In this document: one piece after another, positions 10,801 to 21,052 of the stretch
How the letters are laid out: every line of letters begins with the position of its first letter
How positions within the stretch are numbered: the first letter of the stretch is position 1
Assembly (NCBI GenBank): GCA_004431415.1
Contig: QPMI01000048.1
Location: forward strand, 206,679 to 270,678
From: Cyanophora paradoxa CCMP329
Lineage: Eukaryota; Plantae; Glaucophyta
Length of the DNA stretch: 64,000 nucleotides
Direction: 5' to 3'
Program-made: the position numbers and the translations under genes
The notes under the pieces: generated by a model
What the model saw: the letters and a program-made list of their open reading frames with translations, nothing else
Database searches by the model: none
Told to the model about the DNA's origin: nothing

Positions 10801-13800
10801 CGCTGCGATAGAAGCATATCAGGCGCATATTATATTATTTGAAGGCCCTTCGGCGCGCCCTCGGGGCCGCCTGCGCATACCTCGTCCAGGTTCCCCTCCC
10901 CCTCCCCCTCCTCCTCTCTCTCTTTCGCACTCTCTTCCGTCCCCTGACTTGGTTGCAGCGGGCGAACACGGCGGCGCAGGCGGACGAGCCCTCCGAGGAG
11001 GCGTTCCGCGCCCTCGAGGAGGTGCCCCCCCCCCCCCCCCCCTTCGAATTCGTTAGATTATCTCAGAATCTTGGGCGCCCGCCCCGCTCATAGATAGATG
11101 ATAGATCCTGAGCATTTGATCCTGGAGCTTCTTCACGCTCCGGCTAGGGGTTTGACTCCAGCTTTACGCCAGCCCCGCTCATAGATCATATCTAAGAAGA
11201 CTCATAGAAGATCATATCGAATAAGATTCATAGAAGATCGTATCGAAGAAGAGTCTTAGAAGATCGTATCTAGCGCGCTGTGAGACCCCAGCTTTACGAC
11301 ATAGTAGACGCCCGCCCCGCTCGCCCGCCCTGACGCCGGCCGGCCCTCCCCCCCGCCCCTCAGCTGCGGGACGAGTACCTGGGCGCGCTCTCCTCGCTCC
11401 TCGCCGAGTCCTCCTCCCCGGGCGTCCGCGACCAGGTACCCCCTCCCCCCCTTCATCCCCCCCCCCCATCCCTCCCCCCCCGCCCGCCCCTCCCGAGCGC
11501 TCACGCGGGCCGGGGCCCGCGGCAGTGCATCCTGCGGGCCTCCGATCTTCTGTACGGCCTCTCCGCCCTCCAGGTCCTTTCCCGCCCCCCTCCTCTGCTT
11601 ACTGGGCTAACCTGTCTGTTTCTTGAGCTCACTTCCTTTCTTGCTTGCTCGCCTCAGCACCTCGTGAAGACGGCGAAGGGCCTGCCGGCGGCGGCGCGGG
11701 AGGCGGCGGAGAGGGCGGCACGGGCCGTGCTCGACCCGCAGCTCGTCCAGCGCATCGTCGCGCGCGCCTGCGAGGCCCTCGACGAGAGCGGTGCGCGCAG
11801 AACAACAACGAGTCAGAGCAACAGCGGCTCGGCTGGCGCTTCCTTGTAAATTCAAGCGAGAAGAAGACTGACGGCGCGGGGCGCGCAGAGGGGGAGGACG
11901 AGGGCGGCGCCACCCCCCGCCTCGTCGTCGCCGTCTACCGCTTGGCCAGCGACGGTACCCTCCCCGCCGAGGAGGTCCGCGAACGCCGTACCCCCACGCA
12001 TCCCTTCACGCAGCACTCTCACCTGTACCCTCCCCCGCAGGCCCTGGCCCCGCTCTTCGCCCGCTGGGGATCCTCCCCCGTCAGCGCCAGGGCCAAGGAG
12101 GCGCTGAAGCTGGTTCGTGTACCCCGGTGTGGGGGGTACGGGCCTTGTTTGATTCGGAGGGGGGTACGCAGATCTTCAAAGACATAAAGGGCACCTCCGG
12201 GCCGCTGCACGAGGCGCTTCCGGCGATCCAGGCCGGCGCCATCATCCGGGTACGCCCTCATTCCTACAGAGCTGTGCTAAATTCGATCCAAACCGATTCG
12301 TGTACCCCCGCAGGCCTTTTCGATGCACGCGGAGAGCGGCGCGACGGACAAGGGCGCCAACATGGCCCGCTCCGTCGCTCGCGATTTCGCCCAGTTCTAC
12401 TCCTTCCGGTGCCGTTTCTTTCTGCATTTCGTGTACCCCCCTTTCCTCCCCACCCCTCTTCTTACCCTCTATCCAGAGACGGGAAGGGTGACAAGGGTGA
12501 TTTGCCACTGGCAAAGGTCCTCTCGACCGGTACGCCCCCTCTCTCCTCTCTCTCCCCCCGAACGTGTACCCCTCTGATCCGAATCAGTGGCGTCGTGGGC
12601 GCTGGCCCGGCCCGGCCGCTCCGACATTCTGTTCTCGCTCCAGCCCTACTACCCCCGCATGACCCGCCCCGAGGCCGTGCACACGTGCGGCGTACCCCTC
12701 CCCGTTCCTTAGCTGTGCTGATCGCGTACCCCCCTTTCTCTGCAGGCTCAAGGCCGTAGAGGAAGCCGCGGGACGGCAGGCCGTCAGCGGCAAGGAGCTC
12801 GACGACGACGTGCGTTCTCGTACCCCCCCTCGGACGTCCCGGGGGGTACCGACGCAGTCGCAGGCGCGGGAGCACGTGGAGACGTTCCGCTCGCACCTCG
12901 ACAAGCTGGCGAAGGGCGAGAAGGCGCGGCATCGAATCCGCCCGGGTGCATTCTTCGTCGAATTGACGCCTTTTGTAGGTCGAGAAGACCCCGGTGGCCC
13001 CTGGCGCTGGGGCCGCCTCGCGGCGCGTCGCCGGCGGCGGCAAGCGCCTCGCGATGGACGGTGCGCCGCGGTGTTGTACACCCCCTCCGCCCTCGCCCCC
13101 CCACTGAAACTGAACGCGCGCGTACCCGTCAGACGCGGCGAGCGAGGCGTCGGCGACGCCGGCGAAGCCTCCGGCGAAGAAGCAGAAGAAGCCGGCGGCC
13201 AAGAAGGCGAAGAAGGCGAAGGAGGAAAGCGAAGACGAGGAGGAGGAGGAAGGCGGGGAGGGGGGGGTGCAGGACGGTGCCTTGATCTCAAGCCCTCAGA
13301 ACTGCTCAGAGGTCGTTCTCGTTTCCGACCCGCCGGGGGCGCAGCGGAGGAGGAGGCGGCGCCCCTCTCGCGGCGGCGGGCGCCGACGCAGCGGGCGGCG
13401 GCGGTTGCGGGGCCGAAGCCGGTGTACCGCGAGGAGGAGGAGGAGGAGGAGGAGGAGGAGGAGGAGGAGGAGGAGCGGCCCCAGGGCAAGAGGAAGGCGC
13501 CGGCCAAGCCAGCGGCTGCGGCCAAGCCGGCCGCAGCGGCCAAGCCCGCGGCGGCGGCGAAGCCGGCTGCGAAGGCTGCCGCCGCCGCGCCCGCTCGGCC
13601 TGCGCCGGCTCCGAAGGCGGCCGCCGCGGCGCCGAAGCGAAAGGCGGAGGCGGGGGCGGAGGAGGACGGCGGCTTCAAGCGCCCCGCCCCGCGGCGGCCG
13701 GCGGCGCCGGCGCCGGCGCCGGCGCCCTCGCCGCCCCGCCCATCCAAATCCCTCCGCGCCGAGATGACGCAGGTACCCCTCCGCCCTTTCCCCCCCTTCC

Positions 13801-15116
13801 TTCCAGATACCCCCCCGCCCTGACGCCGTACCCCAGTCGGACGAGGAGATGGAGGAGGGGTCGGAGAGTGCGGCGGGGTCGTCTTCTCTCGGGGCTTCCT
13901 CGATCGCCTCGCGCTTCCAGGTGCTCCACCTTCGAGCCTCTTTCTGGCTCGCGTCTTAACTCTTAGCTCTAAGCTCTTGAGCCCTTCGTTGAAGTTATCG
14001 AGCTCTAATCTGTCTCTCTCGCTTCTAGCTGTTATCTCTTTACGCTCTTTAAGCTTTAAGCTTTAAGCTTCAAGCTTTAAGCTCTCTAGCTTCATTCCTT
14101 CGGGGTTGGGCCCGCCGCTGACCTCGCGGCGGCAGCCGCGGCGCTCGGGAGGCTCGGCGCGGGCCTCCCTGACGCCCCTCGAGGACTCCGAGATCCCTGG
14201 CTCCGAGGAATTCGCCCCCGGCCACCGCGAGAAGAAGGTGCGGGGGGCAGGGGGCAGGGAGGAGGGGAGGGGGTACGGGGAGGGCTCAGCGGGGCGCGCT
14301 CGCGCGCAGGCGGCGAAGGAGGCGAAGGTCCGCGCGAAGCAGGCGGAGGCGGCGGCGGTGGCGGCGGCGCAGCGGCGGCGAAAGCAGGAGGAAGAGGAAG
14401 AAGAGCAAGAGGAGGAGGAGGAGGAGGAGGAGGAGCCTCCGCGCCCGCCCATCCGCGGTGCGCTCACGGATTTCGCCCGCCGGCGCCCCCTGTACCCTGG
14501 TTCACACTGACCCTGCACCCCCCTGCAGCCGTCCAGCGGCTCTCGGGCGGTGCCCCGCAAGTGGCCCAGCGGACCTACGGAAGGCTCGCCTCTCCCCGTA
14601 CCCCTCCCCTCTGACTTCGTTCTCGTCCTCACGCCCCCCGGCGCGGCGCGCAGGAAGCCGGCGCCGGTCCGGCCGCTCGAGGGCCCGAGCTTCTCGCAGG
14701 AGGTCGGGCTCCACGGGGCGGACGAGGAGGAGGAGGAGCAGGAGCAAGAGCAGGAGGAGGGCGAGGAGGAGGAGGAGGGGGGGGCGGAAGAGGAGGGCCG
14801 CCCGCCGGCGCGCGCCGCCGTTGAGAAGCGGAAGGCCGAGCCCGCCCAAGAGGAGGAGGAGGAGGAGCAGGAGGTTCGCCCCGCCTTCAACAGGGGTCGA
14901 GATGCTAATCCGAGGATATCTTGGGCTTTAAACCGAGCGCACATATAATTTATCTAATGTGTCATGTTGATGTCTTCATTTCTTTCTTTCGTCATTCTTC
15001 ATGCCTAATCCTGATTCGATTCGGCGCAGGAGGAGGAGGAAGACCGCATGTCGCAGACGTCGGACTTCGTGGGGATGGGCGTCGTCAAGGCTGCCGCCGC
15101 GCGCCGCCGGCGATGA
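4881..15116 (+). CDS. SCC3: Cohesin subunit SCC3/SA/STAG, many exons, with a long low-complexity C-terminal tail
   Basis: Spliced STAG/SCD signature: PFRHTAT...IFTG|IFVHRYRDQIPAVRALAIRALGGWIIHYPDYFAQ|DKYVKYLGWTMSDK|SPEVRK, then RFAPRMVETVRD and LPK|LLRKFGADDRKLTDLLALPR|HFDLQQY. Start MVQLRARASG at 4881. Last exon ends ..KAAAARRRR* at 15116. Confidence 0.92.
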
Positions 15117-15685
15117 AGGAAGGCCTAGGTGGGGCTTGCCCGAAGGGGCCGGCAGCGGCGCAGCGCCCGCGTCGGCTAGCGCTTGCAACCCAGGCGCATG
15201 TATGTGCAGGCCGGCGCGCTCGCAAGCTCCTTGCATGTAGATTCGTCGCACTGAAAACCGAAGATTGAAAATCCTAATTCACTGAATTCATGAATAATGA
15301 TCAGCTGCCCGTGGGACACTCGACGGAGAGTCACTGATCAGCCCTGCAGGCTGCAGCCCTGCAATTGCCAGTGGCAATTTGCCACTCGTTAATTGGCGGT
15401 CAGCGGCCCGTGAACGTGACAGCGGGAAATCGAAAAATCGTGATCGGACTTATCGGAGTCGGTGACTCTAGGATCTGAGTGACTGATCATGAAATCATTG
15501 AATCGATGAGTCTCAGACTCTCAGAGGCCTGGGGGCCGGGAAAATTCGCGCGGATAGGTCCGGCCATCCCGCGGCCCGGCCAATATCGATGTTGATCGCG
15601 ATTCGCGATTAAGCTTCTTAAGCTTGGCCCGGGAAAATTTGCTCGGATACCGGCCGCGGTAGGTCCGGCCATCCCGCGGCCAATA

Positions 15686-15850
15686 CTAGGGGCCCGGCCG
15701 CGATTGTCGCGCCGGGGGTGCAAGGGGGGAACCGGGATCTAATGAAAGAGTCCTAGTGGCGCGCACATGCGCGCGGCAGAATGACCCCGGCCCAGTGCGC
15801 TCGGCAGGTCGAAGGTTAAAGATAAACACAGATTATGATTGAAAAAATAG
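15686..15850 (-). mobile_element. Helitron-like 3' terminus (dispersed repeat)
   Basis: The minus strand reads CCGGCGCGA-CAA-TCGCGGCCGG hairpin, then GCCCCTAG|T. About 150 bp is homologous to 48490-48640 and 60516-60665. Confidence 0.6.
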
Positions 15851-16193
15851 AGAAGGCGCGACAAGCACACGCTGCGATCAAATCGAGAAAAAAGACTAAA
15901 TGAAAGGCCAGCCTGGCAGACTCAGCGCACACTATATGAAAGATTGTTCTGGAGCCAAAAAACGCTGCGCATCAACTCTGTTCGCACGGCGATCTTACAT
16001 CATCGAGTCACATGAGCCAGTTTTGGGGTACCCATGGCCGGAGCTCTTAGCACGGTACCGGACGGACCTACCGTTGTTTTGGGGGTGCTAACCGTGCTAG
16101 CGCTAGCATACCAATGAAATCGTAGCTCTTAGTAACGTAGCTCTTAGCAACGTAGCTCTTAATAATAGCCTCTTATCGTATCAAATATATATA

Positions 16194-16507
16194 CCGTGTA
16201 ACACAAAAATATGGCTGACAGATTTATGTCGTTATAAAACTTGGCAGTGCTGGTGTCTAGAGACTGTGGCCGGTAATTCACCAAAAAAAAAAAAAATATA
16301 AAACTTGGCCCTTCTCTTGGTGAAATATGACGGTCCCAAATTACGTCGTCATGAAAATTTCAGGCTTGTATGCGGCAGTACATTGTATGAGGCAACTTAC
16401 TGTACCCGGTTTATGACGGTCCCAAATTATGTCGTTAGATCATGTCCGAACCGACATAATTTGGTACCGACATAGTGAAGTGTCCGTCATATTATTGTGT
16501 TATACGG
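16194..16507. mobile_element. Tc1/mariner-type MITE
   Basis: ~27-bp imperfect terminal inverted repeats CCGTGTAACACAAAAATATGGCTGACA / CCGTATAACACAATAATATGACGGACA, flanked by TA on both sides. Internal GACGGTCCCAAATTA repeats. Confidence 0.8.
16241..16296 (+). mobile_element. Short poly(A)-ended element nested in the MITE
   Basis: TTGGCAGTGCTGGTGTCTAGAGACTGTGGCCGGTAATTCACC(A)14 is flanked by a TATAAAAC direct repeat (16233-16240, 16297-16304). A related copy lies at 46651-47098 (-). Confidence 0.7.
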
Positions 16508-16957
16508 TACATGGGGTGCCACCGTGCCAACCGTGCTGGTCATGCTGCACATAATGAGTCAAATGATTTGACTCATTCATGAATGCGTATGATACTCGAG
16601 CTCAGTGAGTCGACAGTGACTACCTGGTAGCACTGACTACCGGTACGGCGCCGGCGGTACCACTACTGGTAGTCGACAGTGACTACCGGTAGTCAGCTAG
16701 CCCGCTGCCGCGCCTGTACCGTGGCTGAACGGTAACTTAGTAAGTCGTCGGTAACTTAGTAGTAACTAGCCTGCCAGGCTGGGCCATAGTACTGCAGCTG
16801 CGGCATGCGCAGGGTCGCAGGCTCGCATGCGCAGCCCGCGCCAGGCCCGCAGGCCCGAGGCTCAGTATAGCCGCAGAGCTAGTCTGTAGCTATTAGGCTA
16901 GTATTAGACAGTACTGGGGCAGCCGCATCGATATCGGTATTGCGATCGGCGATCAGG

Positions 16958-19528
16958 ATGACAGCTGCAGTTACAAACGGCGCTCTCCGCCTGACAACAG
17001 CTGCAGCCGCCACGCTGCTTTGCGTCTTGGTTCTGATTATCGTGAATCCGGCGGAGTCATGCGGCGATCGCGGGACGTTCATACCGACCCAGACATTCCA
17101 AGTCGTCTCGGCTGCAGACAATGCGAAATGCTGGGGGGGCTTTGAGAAGTTGGGCCAGTTTCGTGTACGGCTGACCACATGCAACGCAAGTGCGTGCCCG
17201 TTACGTTTACGATTTACAAATATATATGGAATAACCTTCGGCCGCGGTATACGTACGTACTTATACACAAAGGTGAGCCCGCCCAGTTCTTCAACAGCAC
17301 TGTTGCAATCGGCGGAAAGTACAACATGTACTTTCCATCCTCCGGCATCCCATCGATTTATTTCGGCAAGGCAATTTCCAGCATCTTTTCCTCGTCCGAC
17401 AGTGTTCAGCATACGCTGGTGCGTGCTTGCGAATTATATTTATAATTAGAATCGCAACATTTATCACACGATCGCGACTGCGATTTGACGACGCGATCGA
17501 CGCGTACGGTACAGCTCAGAAGCGGCAACATCCCAGTTGCATTCTCGTTCGAGTACACGGACAACGATACTTTTCGCATGTTGCAAACATCTACCTCGGC
17601 AGCAGTCGCACCTTTCCCCCCGAAGTACAACATCAGCGCTAGTTTCGAAAGCGTGTTCGGTGCTGACCTGATTACGATGAAGAGTCCGGTTGAAAGTGCG
17701 TGCCACGGTAGCTATATATAGCCTTACAATCGCAGCACGTACACGTACAGCCTCATGATCTGACGCATGCATGTGACATTCGCACGTACACGTGTACGAA
17801 CCCAGCCGACCCGGAGTTCGAATTCAAGTTCCTCTACGGCGATGGAACACTGGCGTGGCCTCGAGCTCCAGTCGCATGCTCGGTAGCTATATGTATAGAA
17901 GCAACTGCGAGCAAATCTTCGCACCTTCACGTCGATCTGACACTTCGTGTGCTCAGACCCCCAGCGCCTCGCCGAGCCCTAGCCCTAGCCCATCTGCAGC
18001 TGCCTCTGCTTCACCGAGTCCTTCGCCGAGCCCTAGCCCATCGGCAAATGCTTCTCCCAGCCCATCGGCAAATGCTTTTCCCAGTCCCTCGCCCAGCCCG
18101 TCGATATCGGCAATGGCAATCCCGTCGCCCTCGCCCGTCGCAAGCCCGTCCCCAAGCCCCGTGCCTCCATTGGTGAGAACTGTTAATTATAATGTCTTAA
18201 GAGAAAAGCTTAAGCCATCATCCACGCTGACTGTCTAATCATGACCAAGCAGCCTGTATCGAACGCGACATTGGACATTGTCCAGCTGGTCATCGAAGGC
18301 AAACTGGTGGGCGCATTCGTATACGTATACCGTCGGGCACTAAACTACTGCGGCGTAAATTAACGAGGGGTCAAACCTGGCCCTCCTTTGATCAAAATAC
18401 CGCGGTACCAAATTAACGCGGTTGAAACCTTTGGGCTTGTATGGGGCGGTAATTTTAGGGGGGTGCTGTCTAGAGCAACCGTTGAACTCAGCAGCAGTTA
18501 ACACGGTACCAAATTAACGCGGTGAGACCGGATTTCGCGCGTTAATTTGGTACCGCGTTAGTTAAGTGCCCGCGGTACTTAAGTGCCCTACCGTGTATGC
18601 GCATGCATGTTGTCACAGTGTCGCGCACTATTCGTCAATATCGCGGGTCGGAATTGATTGACAATATATGTATATACATAGCTGATCACGATTGATCGCA
18701 GTTTGACCTGTCCGGAAACGACGTCATTACAACGACAGATTCGGTGCCAACAGAAATATATTTCATAATGTATTATAATATATTTGCCCCGCTTCCTTAA
18801 TATATACTACTAATGCCCCGCCTCCTAGACCTGCGCATGCAAGCACGCCTTACTAAGTTAGCTTCTCATCCCCTATCTGATCAGGATGGAGCAAAGCGGA
18901 TCACTGTGAGTGGTCTCGTTCTGTCGGCCCCTGCAGAGGTATATATGTGGCATTTGTAGTTCTGATGCTACTCCGAAGCCGTGCAACTCGCCAGTTGACG
19001 TAATCACTGATATTGCACACCGCCGCAGACCGGGAGCTCGGACTTCGTAATCATTAAGGGCGCCAACCTGCCGGTAGTTACAATATGCATTTGTTCACTG
19101 TCCAACAATGTTAGCTCACGACCATGATCGATATCACTGGCTGTGGCCACATGCGACAGGCCAATAAACCAATCAAGGTGTACGTGGTCGACCCCAAAAA
19201 CAACAGCAGAAAGATTGAGGCCCTGGAGGCTTCGATACCCGACTCGACAACCTTGCGGTTTAGTGCGTGCTTCTCAATGCATTTGGTGTCTGCTAGCGGT
19301 TGTCATTTTTGACAACAGTTTTTAATTTTTTCCCTCCCAGAGGTCCCTCCGCTTCCAAAGAACAACCGCCGCGCTCTCTTGCAGTTTATCACTGGCTCTT
19401 CCGTGCGAACTTTCATATATAATTTCCATTGTCCCTTCGACGTTTCGAGCCGCTCGCAGTACGATCTGCGAATTGAGTCTGCGTCGGCGACACCAGAGTT
19501 CGCTTCGTTCGTCCTTGCAGAGGTCTGA
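16958..19528 (+). CDS. Secreted protein with a Ser-Pro-rich (HRGP-like) central shaft
   Basis: Signal-peptide-like start (AAAATLLCVLVLIIVNPAES). (SP)n tract at ~17960-18170. Downstream exons end at ..YDLRIESASATPEFASFVLAEV*. Internal exon borders are approximate. Confidence 0.6.
18328..18595. mobile_element. Intronic Tc1/mariner-type MITE
   Basis: Imperfect ~25-bp terminal inverted repeats (ACCGTCGGGCACTAAACTACTGCGG / ACGGTAGGGCACTTAAGTACCGCGG) with TA flanks. Internal CGGTACCAAATTAACGCG occurs in direct and inverted orientation. Confidence 0.7.
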
Positions 19529-20459
19529 TCATGAGTTCGAAGTTGCTCAGCCATGCATATGGGATCGATATCTCAATTCGCGGCCAACCGACAGGTTTTC
19601 CGCTGGGTCCCGAGGCAGGCGGCGGGTCCCGCGAGTGTGCCTTACTGTGCGTGATTCTTTAATTTAATTTTGCATTGGTCTCGGAAGCCCTGCATTGAGT
19701 CGCGTTGCTGATCTGCTACGGTACTTCATTTACATCCAACAGGGGTCTCATCTGCTGCCCCACTATCGAGCTTCTCGGTGAGTCTCTCTCCCATTCTAGC
19801 TGTACATGTAAATCCTCTCTTCTACTGATATCGATCTCTCTGCACACTGCATGCGCAGCCCAGTCTTCTGCTCGCCTTTCTTGCGAGCGGCATTAATGTT
19901 GCCCTTGGCCTTAGGGTTCCCCGTTTCTGAGCTGGCGTCCCGCCTGTGGGTCCCTTAAGCTTCAATAGAGAATAACAGACATTAATATTTTCGTCAGGAA
20001 TTGCAAGTTGAGAATAGAGAAAAGATGAAATAGAGATACGCTTGATCGCATATCAGAATGAGCGATCAACGACGGCATGGCGACGGATCGGAGGACTCTA
20101 CGGGAGGGTTAACGTTAGAGCCAGCGAGAGACCGGGTCATGATCAGGAGGCGGGGCGCCGGCGGGCCCATGGCAGGGAGGGCGGGGGCCGACTCCCCGTC
20201 CCTCGGCTCTCGTCCGAGTCCTGAGCGAAGAGGTACCGGTCGACCCTCACTCCTCGAGCGCGGCCCCCGCCTGGCTCCGGAGGGCTCTCCGGGAGGTTTA
20301 GAGCCAGCTTAGCTTTGCGATTGGAAGCTCCTATAGCTAGCTACAGCTGCACACCATGTGTAAATGCACTTCGAATTCGCACACCACACACACGAGACAG
20401 TACGGTACAGCCACCCACTATATGAACTAGCGCTCTTCAAAGGGGAGGGAGGGTCCGTG

Positions 20460-20548
20460 GGGAGGGGTGGGGGTTGGGAGGGGGGCGCGGGGGGGGGGGG
20501 GGGGGGGGGCGGGGGGGGGCGGTGGGGGGCGGGGGGGGGGGGGGGGGC
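20460..20548 (+). repeat. Poly-G tract (G-quadruplex-prone)
   Basis: About 90 bp of almost pure G runs. Confidence 0.85.
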
Positions 20549-21052
20549 ACTCAGGCCTGTTGTGTGGCCAACAAATATTACAATTAACTATATTACATTT
20601 TAATTATCTGCGGGTGCTTACATGCTCCGGATCCCGACGCGCCCGTCGACCCCTTCGAATTCGGGCGCGAGATCCCTCGAAGGCGAGTTGCAGCTGCTGC
20701 ATGCACATGCGCAGCCTCGAAATCCAAATCGAGCGGTTGATGCAGAATTCGAATGCATTTACTCTATCCTGTGGCGCGATATCTAAAATCCGTGCATGGA
20801 TACATGTACGTATACATTGATTCGATAGAATTCTAGTTCGCGTTTCAGTGCCGACTTCGGATTGATATCGATCATCAGCGCAAGAGGGCCTCCAGGAGGG
20901 CGGCTTCTTCTAGATCTGCTTCCGTCGTCTCCGCCTCCTCCGCCTCCGCGCCACCCTCCGCCGCGGCCGGCGCATGCGTCGGCCCAGGGCCCGCCTCGTG
21001 GCCCGGCGGGGCCGGCGGGTCCAGAAGGCCGTTGTCGGCGTCGGCGCTGGTA

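Noticed and set aside
16121-16165. 15-bp repeat CGTAGCTCTTA.. x3 as an iteron or telomere-like array
   Set aside because: An ordinary short minisatellite with no supporting context.
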